The translations under genes were made by a program, and so were the position numbers. 64,000 nt of DNA from a virus, in IMG/VR virus record IMGVR_UViG_3300046376_000226, positions 1-64,000 of that record; one strand, given 5' to 3'. The notes under the pieces were generated by a model, which saw nothing but the letters and a program-made list of their open reading frames with translations, was not told the origin of the DNA and did not search any database. Position 1 is the stretch's first letter. Every line of letters starts with the position of its first letter. Of the stretch, positions 9,531-17,961 are shown in pieces.

Positions 9531-11086
9531 CTCCGCGCTTGCTCGGGGGTCAAGTCCCAGATGTCTTTTACCGCATGTTCCGCCGCAGGGCCAAGAGCCC
9601 TGATCTCAGCAAGACCTTTAAAGCGCCTACGGCCAATCGCGAGCATAACCTGGCGAGCGAGCCCTTCCGATGGCACACTTTCCGGGTCGATCCCCGCGCG
9701 CGATAAGAGCCCGCGCGTAAAGGGCGTCGGTTTACGGGTTTCCCAGGGATAGATGGGCTCGTAGTTGAATAGCGCGTGTTCGCCGGTCGACGCTGCGAAA
9801 TATTGGGCTGCGACTTTGCCTTCGCGAAACCTGGCGGTCGCTTGTAAGCGCCGCCGTATAGCCTCCTCTCGTTCGAGTTGGACTTGGCGGGCTACCGCTC
9901 GCAGGGAATAGCTCGAGCCAGCGGCTTTATGCATCTCATTGGCGAACTCTTCATCGGGAGCGATTAGGAACGAGGGGGTACAGAGATCGTGGTCCTGGGA
10001 TAGCCATAACGGATCAATGATGAAAGCTTTCGGCTTACTCGAGCCCGCGATCGCGGCCAGACGTCCTTGGACGTCCTGGATGTTGTCGATCAGCCCCGGC
10101 ACGGTCCGGGTGGATCGGCCGATGATCTGCTGGTACAAAACTTTCGACTTCGTCGGCCTCAGGTTTAGGGTTGCATCGCATACCGGCATATCCACGCCGG
10201 TATGTAGCAGGCTAGCGTTGGAAAGAAGACCGATTTTACCTTGTTTGAACAGCTCTAGCTTCTGATCGCGCTCGGGGTCTTCCCCATCGATATGGACCGC
10301 ATCGATCCCTTCGGCGCGGCAGGCTTCGACGAACTTCTGCGAGCTTGCGACCAGGGGCAGAAACGCCAGGATATGGCGCTGGGCGTGTTTTGCTTTTAGC
10401 TCCTTAGCGATCTCACGGAAATACGGTGCGATCGCATCAGCGGCATCCTGGGCGTCGTAATCGATACCCTCAGTCGAGTGTTTCACCCGGACATCGGCTA
10501 GGCTGATCGCGGTCTCCAGCCGGTCGACATGGTCCGGGTCAACCAGGTACCCGTCGTCAACCAGGGCGAACAGGTCCTTGCGGTACGCTTCAACCTGGAA
10601 AATGTCGGAAAGCTTTTTGCCGTCAGAGCGAAACGGGGTTGCCGTAATGCCGCAGCGTTTAGCGCTGGTGAAATGCTCGAAGATGCGCCTCCAGCTGGCT
10701 GCCACCGACATATGGCATTCGTCAGCGAAAATGTAAGAGAAGTGATCGCGCGGCCAGCGTTCCAGGCGTTTCTTTCTGGATAGGGTCTGGACACTTCCAA
10801 CGACTACCTGGGCGTCCAGAGGCGCGAAAGAGTCGGCTTTTTCCAGAGCAGGCACATAACCCAGTTGATCGCGGAAAGCCGCCATCGGCTGGGTACAAAG
10901 TTCGTTGCGGTTAGCAAGGAACAGGATGCGGCCAGCGCCGTTTTTTTGGACATAGGCGCTGGTCCCGGCTGCGATCAGGGTCTTGCCACCTCCGGTAGCA
11001 ACTACCGCGATACAATGCTCGCCTTTTTTCCAGGCTGCGAGGATGGCAATTGCCGCCTCGGATTGGTATGGTCGGAATACCTTCAT
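9521..11086 (-). CDS. Superfamily 2 DNA helicase (ResIII/Helicase_C)
   Basis: RPYQ Q-motif, ATGGGKT, ADECH, GITATPFRSD, TGVDMP, QIIGRSTR. Confidence 0.93.
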   Translation of the reverse strand: MKVFRPYQSEAAIAILAAWKKGEHCIAVVATGGGKTLIAAGTSAYVQKNGAGRILFLANRNELCTQPMAAFRDQLGYVPALEKADSFAPLDAQVVVGSVQTLSRKKRLERWPRDHFSYIFADECHMSVAASWRRIFEHFTSAKRCGITATPFRSDGKKLSDIFQVEAYRKDLFALVDDGYLVDPDHVDRLETAISLADVRVKHSTEGIDYDAQDAADAIAPYFREIAKELKAKHAQRHILAFLPLVASSQKFVEACRAEGIDAVHIDGEDPERDQKLELFKQGKIGLLSNASLLHTGVDMPVCDATLNLRPTKSKVLYQQIIGRSTRTVPGLIDNIQDVQGRLAAIAGSSKPKAFIIDPLWLSQDHDLCTPSFLIAPDEEFANEMHKAAGSSYSLRAVARQVQLEREEAIRRRLQATARFREGKVAAQYFAASTGEHALFNYEPIYPWETRKPTPFTRGLLSRAGIDPESVPSEGLARQVMLAIGRRRFKGLAEIRALGPAAEHAVKDIWDLTPEQARRWQ

Positions 11087-11139
11087 ATACGTGCCTGTAG
11101 TATCGCACCTGCTCTTTTGAAAAGCAAGTGCGAAATCAT

Positions 11140-11212
11140 CAGGCCGGGAAGGATTCGAACCTTCAGTCGGCGGTTTTGGGGACCGCTGCTTTCCCTGTTA
11201 AGCTACCGGCCT
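11140..11212 (-). tRNA. tRNA-Trp(CCA) with C at position 33; no encoded CCA end
   Basis: AGGCCGG TA GCTT AACAGGGA AAGC A GCGGT CCCCAAA ACCGC CGACT GAAGG TTCGAAT CCTTC CCGGCCT G; all four stems pair. Confidence 0.9.
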
Positions 11213-11381
11213 TTCCATCTTTTCCATCTTTCTTAGCCCAGCGGGCCCGGGCCGCTTTCCGGGCTTGCGCCGGGGTCCGGCCCTTGGTGCCCTTCTTACC
11301 CATTAGCGCTGCGCCCTGGGAAATGACCCAGTTATCTTTGAGTATTTTATTGCAGTGCGGGCACCGGCTCATGGGCTCCAT
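11163..11381 (-). CDS. Small basic hypothetical protein whose 3' end overlaps the tRNA
   Basis: CPHC and ARKAARARWAK motifs. Confidence 0.5.
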   Translation of the reverse strand: MEPMSRCPHCNKILKDNWVISQGAALMGKKGTKGRTPAQARKAARARWAKKDGKDGKAGSLTGKAAVPKTAD

Positions 11382-11712
11382 CTCCCTCTATGGTGGCGAC
11401 CTGGGCCGCTTCTTCCTGGTCGATCGCGCCTAAATCCACGGTAAGCCCGGGCACCGGTTTAATGCTTTCCTCGAGCCCTTTCACGTCCAAAAAGAACCCG
11501 CGCCGCTCGTGGTCTTTGTTCCCGACTTCGATGCCGGTCCGTTTCCAGAACCGCACTACCGCGTAGTCTTTTACCCGGACAATCATCTGGCTATTGCGCC
11601 AGCCGATCACTTCTGCCTGGTACTCCTTCACAGAAGCCGGTTCGGGTACCCGGTCAATCCAGCGCACCGTGACCCGTAAAGCGTGGCCGATCGCGAGATC
11701 TTGATGGTTCAT
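11347..11712 (-). CDS. Hypothetical protein
   Basis: 121 aa, start/stop overlap with the upstream gene. Confidence 0.55.
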   Translation of the reverse strand: MNHQDLAIGHALRVTVRWIDRVPEPASVKEYQAEVIGWRNSQMIVRVKDYAVVRFWKRTGIEVGNKDHERRGFFLDVKGLEESIKPVPGLTVDLGAIDQEEAAQVATIEGDGAHEPVPALQ

Positions 11713-12602
11713 GCTAGCGCCGCCAGCCCGATTTGCACCACCACTTTCTCGTCCAGGTAATCGATAGCCAGGTTGCCGCCCCGGGCCTCGGCCCGCTCAA
11801 TGACCTTACCGAATGGGGTGGCTGGTCCGATGGCTTGGGACTCAAAGCCCAGGGCTTTAGCAATGCTCCAGCGTTGCTCGATCAGGTAATAGGCCAGGCT
11901 CGCCACTAAATCGTCGTCTTGCTCGGCCCACTTAAGCAGGTCGCGTTCGCTGATCGGTACTCGCAGGTAACGAATGGCGTCAGCCGCCTCGTCTCCGGCC
12001 AGCCGCCGGATCCGTTCCAATGCCGCTTCGCCTTCCTCGGTAAAAGTGACCTCATCGGGTACCCGTTTCTTGCCACTGCCGGTGGCAGGCGCGGCCGCTT
12101 TTTCGCCGTTAGCGTCCCCTGAGTCCAGGTCCAGGTCGGTCTTTACCCCGGTGCGTTCCTTGGCGGCCGCTTTAGCCTGGGCGTCCTCGATCTGGTCGAC
12201 AATGGCTCGGACGCCCCGGCTGGTTAGAGGCTGGCTCCGGCGCGCCTGGGCGTCCAGGATCTGGCCCCAGACCTCAGTCTGGCGTTCGGCATCCAGGCGG
12301 CTCAGCTCGGCGGCCATACTCTCGTTATCGGGCAGCGCCAGGCCCGCTTTTTTAATGCGGTCGACGGTCAGCGAGATCCCGATGATTCGCTCGGTTGAGC
12401 GCGGCTCGAAGGGGAGTGTGGCCGTGATATAGTCAGCCCAGGCTTCGTAGCCCCGCTCTTCATAGAGCTTCTCGCTTTTGATCTTATAAAGCTCGCGCCC
12501 AATAGCGACCGTTGCGTCCTGGGTCCGTTTCAGGTTGGTGGCGATCTTCAGCTCGCATTGCTCGAGTGCCAGCAAACGTTCTTTGGAGGTAAGTTCTTTC
12601 AT
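11709..12602 (-). CDS. Putative DNA-binding protein
   Basis: IGRELYKIKSEKLYEERGYEAWADY motif, typical of helical phage DNA-binding proteins. Confidence 0.55.
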   Translation of the reverse strand: MKELTSKERLLALEQCELKIATNLKRTQDATVAIGRELYKIKSEKLYEERGYEAWADYITATLPFEPRSTERIIGISLTVDRIKKAGLALPDNESMAAELSRLDAERQTEVWGQILDAQARRSQPLTSRGVRAIVDQIEDAQAKAAAKERTGVKTDLDLDSGDANGEKAAAPATGSGKKRVPDEVTFTEEGEAALERIRRLAGDEAADAIRYLRVPISERDLLKWAEQDDDLVASLAYYLIEQRWSIAKALGFESQAIGPATPFGKVIERAEARGGNLAIDYLDEKVVVQIGLAALA

Positions 12603-12614
12603 GCCCTTGGGTTC

Positions 12615-13790
12615 CTACCATGGTTTGGCTTGCTTGTGGAATGCGATCGCGGCTTCGAACATCGCATAATCGGCGCGCTGGAGATCGTTAGCCTCATCCC
12701 AGCCTTCCCGCACCTTGGGTAACCACTGGTTCTCGATTACCTGGAGTTCGGCCTGGTTCAGCTCGGAGATTTTGCGCTTGTGATACTTCACGTGCGTTAC
12801 CCCCAGGATCACATGGTCGCGCCAGGGCGGCTCCGGCGGCGCGGCAGGCGGGCTCATATCCAGCTCGTTGTCATCGGGGCTTGGCCCCATCCGTTTCTCG
12901 GCTTTCTGCGGCTCAACTGTTTGCGGCTTAGGCGGCTCTACGGGTTTAGGGGGCAGCTCATGGACAGTAGCCGGTTGAGCTGCTTCTTCTGGGGTAGGCA
13001 ACGGTTTCTCGGGTTGTAACGTGGTCATGTTAGGCGGCAGAGGCGCTTTAGCCAGCTCCGCTTCGCGTTCCCGGTTACGCCGGATCTTTTCCTCGTCCAG
13101 CCCTAAGGTCTCGGTGTCCGTCTCAGCGTCGGTGATGTTACTGTCCAGTTCTTCCCGGATATAGATGTTGGACAACTGGTCAGGGAAGGCACCGCGCAGC
13201 GCTGCTGCTTTGGCGCATTTGCCCAGCATATAGTCGTCCATCTTGGACCAGAACTCTGAGACCTCCCATTGCTTCTTTTCCTGGTTCCAGCTCTGCCCGA
13301 CGTAAGCGTGCCAGCGGGCGATCCCGATCTCGGGGTGCGCCCGGTGCCGGTGATGGACGATTGCTCGAGCGGCGGCAGGCGCGTTCTCGAATAGCCATTC
13401 GGTCAGCCATTTAACTTCGCCGGTCCCTTCCTCCGGAGGACCCGCCCAGGCGATCTCGCACCCGTTGTAGTCGCCGGTCCGGGTGGCTACGGCCGTCAGG
13501 CCCATGATGCCGGTGACGATCACCAGCGTAGGCACCTTTTTCGTATTACCGTTCTCGTCGCGCACCTTTTGATAACGTCGGGTGGCATAGATCTGTTTAG
13601 TAAACGGATCCAATTTGGTACGCTGACAGACGCGGATAAAACTCTCAGCCTCGTCCTCGGGGAACTTGGCGAGCATCGTTCTTTTCAGTAACTCGACCTC
13701 TTCTTTGGACAGGAAATCGGGCATCGGGGAGAACTGTGGGGTGTAGGTTTGGGCTATAGGATAGGATTGCTCCTGTGGGGCGAGATTCAT
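12615..13790 (-). CDS. bet: Phage recombination protein Bet/RecT (single-strand annealing)
   Basis: FIRVCQRTKLDPFTKQIY...TGIMGL...W.KM..YMLGKCA.AAALRGAFP..LSNIY..EE. Confidence 0.9.
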   Translation of the reverse strand: MNLAPQEQSYPIAQTYTPQFSPMPDFLSKEEVELLKRTMLAKFPEDEAESFIRVCQRTKLDPFTKQIYATRRYQKVRDENGNTKKVPTLVIVTGIMGLTAVATRTGDYNGCEIAWAGPPEEGTGEVKWLTEWLFENAPAAARAIVHHRHRAHPEIGIARWHAYVGQSWNQEKKQWEVSEFWSKMDDYMLGKCAKAAALRGAFPDQLSNIYIREELDSNITDAETDTETLGLDEEKIRRNREREAELAKAPLPPNMTTLQPEKPLPTPEEAAQPATVHELPPKPVEPPKPQTVEPQKAEKRMGPSPDDNELDMSPPAAPPEPPWRDHVILGVTHVKYHKRKISELNQAELQVIENQWLPKVREGWDEANDLQRADYAMFEAAIAFHKQAKPW

Positions 13791-14620
13791 AAGAGACCTT
13801 TGGCGTTAGCTTTCACTGATACATTGATAGAGCGTTTGACCTGGATCCCGGGCAGGGAGGGCGTGCAGTTGGGATCGATCGCTAATTGAGCCCGGACACT
13901 ATCCTGGCAAGCCTGGATATTCAGTTCCCAGCGCAGGAGCCCCAGGCACCCGGCTCGGACAGTTTCGCCCAAGTTAAGCAGCTTAAACTCGAAAGGATGA
14001 TCTACCCGGCCGGACGGCACCAGGCCCCGCCTAGGTTGATCCGCGCCGAGGTTAGCGACTTCCATGGCCATCTCTTTGGCTAGTTGCTCCTGGGCTGCGA
14101 CTAACATCTGGGCCTGGGCCTCGGCCTGCGCTTTAATTCGAGCCGCTTCATCTAAAGCCGCCCGGGCTTTCTCCTCGGCTGCTTCCTGGGCAGCCAGAGC
14201 CGCGCGAATTTTAGCGTCATGGGCTTCTCGTTCCCGGGCCAGAGCCTCGGCGTGTTTGCGATCTTGCTCTTTCTGGCGCGCCTCCAGCTCGGCTACGTAA
14301 GCATTCAGGAGCCCCAGGATCCGTTTGTGCTCGGCGCCGACAGAGTCACCGATCAGTCGCGCCTGTTCGTTGATTTGCTCATTAATGCTTTTAAACGGTT
14401 CCTGGGCTCCCTTACGGCCTTTGTCGATTTCGTTCAGGAACGCTTTGAGCTGGCCCGCCAGCTGTTGGGCCGTGGCGAAACTGGCGCTGTCAAAGACCGA
14501 CACAAACCCAGAGGTGCGATTTAGGAGTGCGTCAGCCCGCTTCTGATCCTTGGGGTTTACCCGGACCTGGACACTCTGGACGACAAGGGGTTGATCCCCA
14601 TAGTACGGAGTCAATTCCAT
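13787..14620 (-). CDS. Coiled-coil hypothetical protein in the recombination module
   Basis: Long Ala/Glu helical region ending in LPGIQV; next to bet. Confidence 0.6.
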   Translation of the reverse strand: MELTPYYGDQPLVVQSVQVRVNPKDQKRADALLNRTSGFVSVFDSASFATAQQLAGQLKAFLNEIDKGRKGAQEPFKSINEQINEQARLIGDSVGAEHKRILGLLNAYVAELEARQKEQDRKHAEALAREREAHDAKIRAALAAQEAAEEKARAALDEAARIKAQAEAQAQMLVAAQEQLAKEMAMEVANLGADQPRRGLVPSGRVDHPFEFKLLNLGETVRAGCLGLLRWELNIQACQDSVRAQLAIDPNCTPSLPGIQVKRSINVSVKANAKGLL

Positions 14621-14629
14621 GCGTGTCCC

Positions 14630-14980
14630 TTAGGTAGTTGGCACCGAGTCGGCTTGTAAACGTTGGAACGTTTCCCAATAGTCTTCAACGGCTTGTTCCA
14701 GGACCTCGGCCTGGGCAATAATGTCCTCACGCATTGCCGGGAAATATTCATCCAGATGCGCGCGCGCATGTTTCGCCGCGCGCAAAAGTATCGTGCGCAA
14801 CCCGGCGGCCTGAGTGAAACGGAAGTAGCGACACTCCATCACCGGAGTGCATGAACTTAAGCCTCCTACCCCTTTAATGTGATCTGCCAGGGGGGCGATA
14901 GCTCTGCGCAGCGCCGCGATTTCCTCGGGCGCATGCCGGTAAAAAATGTGCGCGTCGATGATCCTATTTTGCACGTCCAT
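14630..14980 (-). CDS. Hypothetical protein
   Basis: 116-aa ORF with upstream AGGAG. Confidence 0.5.
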   Translation of the reverse strand: MDVQNRIIDAHIFYRHAPEEIAALRRAIAPLADHIKGVGGLSSCTPVMECRYFRFTQAAGLRTILLRAAKHARAHLDEYFPAMREDIIAQAEVLEQAVEDYWETFQRLQADSVPTT

Positions 14981-15092
14981 CTCCTTAGGATCAATCGTAG
15001 CATGATGGGCTTAGCATGCGCAACGAAAGCATGCTTTAAGGTTAGCTTTTTTCTAAGCGCGCCAAGGCTAGTTGTGCGAAAGACTTACCCAG

Positions 15093-15165
15093 AGCCAGAG
15101 TCAACGAGAAACCCGTATCCTGAGAGCGAGCCATCCTGGTTGAAGAGACCCATGAACGCTGAGCG
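15093..15165 (+). repeat. Orphan 2-unit TIGR-like mini-array
   Basis: AGCCA gagtcaacg AGAAACCCG tatcctgag AGCG AGCCA tcctggttga AGAGACCCA tgaacgctg AGCG; same grammar as the main array but on the opposite strand. Confidence 0.8.
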
Positions 15166-15197
15166 TTAGCTTTTGGAGTAAAGCATGCTTTTTTGGA

Positions 15198-15461
15198 CTA
15201 AGCCAGGTACCCGTTAGCTCGAGCCCAGGCCGGTGAATCATGTATCCGGCGGTGACAATCGGTGCAGACCGCGATCCAGTCCCCGGTCCGGTTGAGCTGG
15301 GCTCCGATCCGGCCCGCGCGATGATGGATCTGGGTGGAGCGTCGCGCGTCGCATAGCTCGCACCGGGGATGGCTAGCCAGATGCCCTTGCCGCTCTTTTG
15401 CGTACAGGCGAAGCGCCCTGGCGCGCTTGGGACTAACGTGCCGGAGGGGGACGCGTTTCAC
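15198..15461 (-). CDS. Small HNH endonuclease
   Basis: CELC...QIHHRAGR...IAVCTDCHRRIH. Confidence 0.85.
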   Translation of the reverse strand: MKRVPLRHVSPKRARALRLYAKERQGHLASHPRCELCDARRSTQIHHRAGRIGAQLNRTGDWIAVCTDCHRRIHDSPAWARANGYLA

Positions 15462-15672
15462 TTCCGGAAGAGGCCGATATCCGGGTCAAACAGGATCCCC
15501 CAGATCCCGATCGCGATGGCCAAAAAGCCTATCCCTGCCAGGCACAACTCGGCGGCATTATTCGGTAATGGAATCATAAGCCTGAGAGTACTTGGCCGCT
15601 AGATGCATGGCTAATTCTAAAGTGAGCCGGGCCCCAGTTTCAGCAAGCCCACTATACTGGGTCATTCCTTCG

Positions 15673-16125
15673 TCATCCAGGTCCGGGTTGAGTTGTTGGT
15701 GGCGCAGCTGGCTTAGGTGATGGCGGGTCACCTCCGGCGCAACCGCTATCATGAAGTCCCTGACTAGTTCCAGTTGCTTGGTCGTCTCCATAGACAGGGC
15801 GAGGCATGGGCTCGTCGAGAGGTTCCCATAACGTAGCGTAGGGTTCAGGGCTAACATCAATCGGCGGGAAAAATTGGCAAACCCAGGCTTGGTCATCGAA
15901 GAAAAGGTCCCGTGCCTGCCGCAGGATATGGTGCCCCGGAGGCGTCGCCGTCAAATTAGCTGAAGTGTGCCGGACTAGAAGCCTGCGCCAGCCCTCGGAG
16001 TCCGAGAGAGTTATCCACCAGATGTCGCCAGAAATGGGCACTAGGAAGTGTCCATTCCAGCCATCCACCTCTGAGCCCCCGCGCCGCCAGCGGTTAGCTC
16101 TGATTAGCTTTTCGAGCAGGGTCAC
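15673..16125 (-). CDS. Hypothetical protein
   Basis: NGHFLVP...SDSEGW...RDLFF...VCQFFP pattern; plausible phage ORF. Confidence 0.55.
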   Translation of the reverse strand: MTLLEKLIRANRWRRGGSEVDGWNGHFLVPISGDIWWITLSDSEGWRRLLVRHTSANLTATPPGHHILRQARDLFFDDQAWVCQFFPPIDVSPEPYATLWEPLDEPMPRPVYGDDQATGTSQGLHDSGCAGGDPPSPKPAAPPTTQPGPG

Positions 16126-16550
16126 TTTCTGGGCTTTACCTTTTGAATAACCTCTTTGACTGCCTTGCGTTCCGCAGGCATTAGCGCGGCCAGGTGCCGC
16201 GCCCGCCGCGCCGCCCTGGCCTCGGCCCTGGCTGCTGCCCGAGTCGCCGGATCTCCGGCTACCCCGAGCGGGTCCACATAGAGGCTGGGATCAGGTCGTT
16301 CCTCCAGAGTTTCCAGGGCTAGGAATTCTGCCCGAGTCGGCACCGGATACCGGTCCAAATGTTTTTGCAGGAACTCCCCTATATAGATACTGTCCGCACC
16401 TTCGCGCAGTCGCTTGATAGTGTCTTTTTTGAGACTGCAAGTGACATAGCCCCAGGCATCTTTATCCGGTTTGCCCTTCCTGCCTGCCCCCAGGCGTGAG
16501 CCGCCTCTCCCGTTTTTCCGTTTCTTGATCATTTTTAATTTTTTGGCCAT
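16122..16550 (-). CDS. Putative DNA-binding protein
   Basis: RGGSRLGAGRK motif followed by an RHH-like segment. Confidence 0.55.
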   Translation of the reverse strand: MAKKLKMIKKRKNGRGGSRLGAGRKGKPDKDAWGYVTCSLKKDTIKRLREGADSIYIGEFLQKHLDRYPVPTRAEFLALETLEERPDPSLYVDPLGVAGDPATRAAARAEARAARRARHLAALMPAERKAVKEVIQKVKPRK

Positions 16551-16710
16551 AAAAGATCCGATAATAAAATGTTCGTAATGCCGCTGGGTCAGTAATCGTG
16601 CCTTCCTTGCGGTTGGCTAGACGATAGCTGATTCCGCTGGAGCGTGCCTCTCTAACCGTCGAAAGCGCGCGCCAGTCTAGCATTTGGATGAAAGCATGCT
16701 TTTTTCCCAC

Positions 16711-16917
16711 TTATCTTAGATTATTAAAAAAGGGTATGGTTGTGATCTGGTAGTTTCCCACTGGATGGGTTTCAATCCAGGTCCGGGCCGCTAGTTCGCT
16801 CGAAAAGCCGAGCATGGCGAAATAGACGCCAGGGAAAGTGGGACTTTCCCTTTCCACCAGGTAGACGGTCTGGCAGACCGTCGCGATATCGTAGTTGAGC
16901 AGTGAATCAGTTTTCAT
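16711..16917 (-). CDS. Hypothetical protein
   Basis: 68-aa ORF. Confidence 0.45.
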   Translation of the reverse strand: MKTDSLLNYDIATVCQTVYLVERESPTFPGVYFAMLGFSSELAARTWIETHPVGNYQITTIPFFNNLR

Positions 16918-17108
16918 TTTAGGAAAGTCCCGAGCAGGGTTCCCACCTGCGTCTCCCGGCGTCAGCCGGACTATTTTACGCTTTATCCCAGTCTCCGGTC
17001 GAAGGCTCCCAAGATTCTCTATTCTGCGTAGCTACTGCATTTCGATACGTCTCAGTGTTGCAACGTGCCTCGAGTCGGTGACCGGCTCAAAACTATCGGA
17101 ACGCCACT

Positions 17109-17148
17109 AGCCTAAGGCCGGACATTTGAATTGTCAAGGGCTAATCAA
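17109..17148 (-). promoter_or_regulatory. Repeated sigma70-like promoter cassette (copy 1 of 6)
   Basis: TTGATTAGCCC-TTGACA-17 bp-TAGGCT. Confidence 0.75.
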
Positions 17149-17960
17149 TTAGGAGGGGGAATGATGCCGTCATGTCCCAGAACCTGCCCTACGTAAGGTC
17201 CTCTCACCGGCAGGCCGCGCGCCTTCCTACCCTCTCCCCAGTAGTGGACCAGGAAAATTTTGACGGCGCGGCGGCGCGCCTTGTTGTCGATGTGAGCGTC
17301 AGAGAGCTTACCCTCCAGTAGCCTGGTTTTCGTAACCGTGTCGTCCCGCCAGTTCTTGGTTGCGAGCAGCTCGGCCGCCGCTTTTTTGTAGTGGCCGGAC
17401 TCATTGCGCCGGATCTCCTCGGCCTTGAACTCCCGATACAAGCCGCCGTAAAAACATTCCTCCTGCCCCGAAAATTTGACAAACGAATCGCCAATTTTCC
17501 AGCAGAGGGTCTTCAGCCGGGAGTTGTATTGCAGTTTCTCGCCTTTGATCCGGCGATCGAAGCCGGGAGCCAAGCCCGCAAACTTCCAGAGCGCCGATGG
17601 ACTGTTCGCTTTGCTAATGTCGATATGCGCGGCTAAGCCAGCTGCTAGGACCGGGCCGATACCGTACTGAGAGTAAGCCCAGCGGGATTCTACCGGCGCA
17701 TCGCTCTCTACCCATTTCTGCAACTTAGCCTGGATAAGCGCCTCGCCAAAATGCAAGTACTCAAAGAACCAGGCATCGAGATCCCGTGGCTCTTCCGTTC
17801 GTTTTTTGGCGGCATGCCGTTTCCGGTGCTCCTGACAGTCGTAATATAGTTCGACGATTCGGGCCACACTTGAGGCTTCGATTTCGTAGGCTTTTACAAT
17901 CTCATTGATTAGGTCATTGCGCGCTAGTTTGACTAGTTCCTTGTGTTGTTCTTTTTTCAT
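17145..17960 (-). CDS. tasA: TIGR-associated Nop-domain RNA-binding protein, nuclease-less TasA type (IS110 Transposase_20-related)
   Basis: N-terminal coiled coil (YYDCQEHRKR), then GIGPVLAAGLAAHIDI...SALWKFAGLAP...YNSRLKTLCWKIGDSF...HIDNKARRRAVKIFLVHYW. No RuvC/DEDD or HNH domain and no IS110 catalytic SG motif. Abuts the 36-nt dual-spacer array. Confidence 0.85.
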   Translation of the reverse strand: MKKEQHKELVKLARNDLINEIVKAYEIEASSVARIVELYYDCQEHRKRHAAKKRTEEPRDLDAWFFEYLHFGEALIQAKLQKWVESDAPVESRWAYSQYGIGPVLAAGLAAHIDISKANSPSALWKFAGLAPGFDRRIKGEKLQYNSRLKTLCWKIGDSFVKFSGQEECFYGGLYREFKAEEIRRNESGHYKKAAAELLATKNWRDDTVTKTRLLEGKLSDAHIDNKARRRAVKIFLVHYWGEGRKARGLPVRGPYVGQVLGHDGIIPPPN

Positions 17961-17961
17961 T

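Noticed and set aside
17145-17154. Self-target of array unit 59 (TCAATTAGG); likewise GAGTCAACG at ~59405 for the mini-array
   Set aside because: Only one 9-nt half matches, which is expected by chance in 64 kb. No full 18-nt self-target was found by eye, but the search was not exhaustive.
17145-17960. IS110 transposase / insertion sequence
   Set aside because: Lacks the N-terminal DEDD RuvC domain and the catalytic SG motif after AGLxP; no element ends are visible
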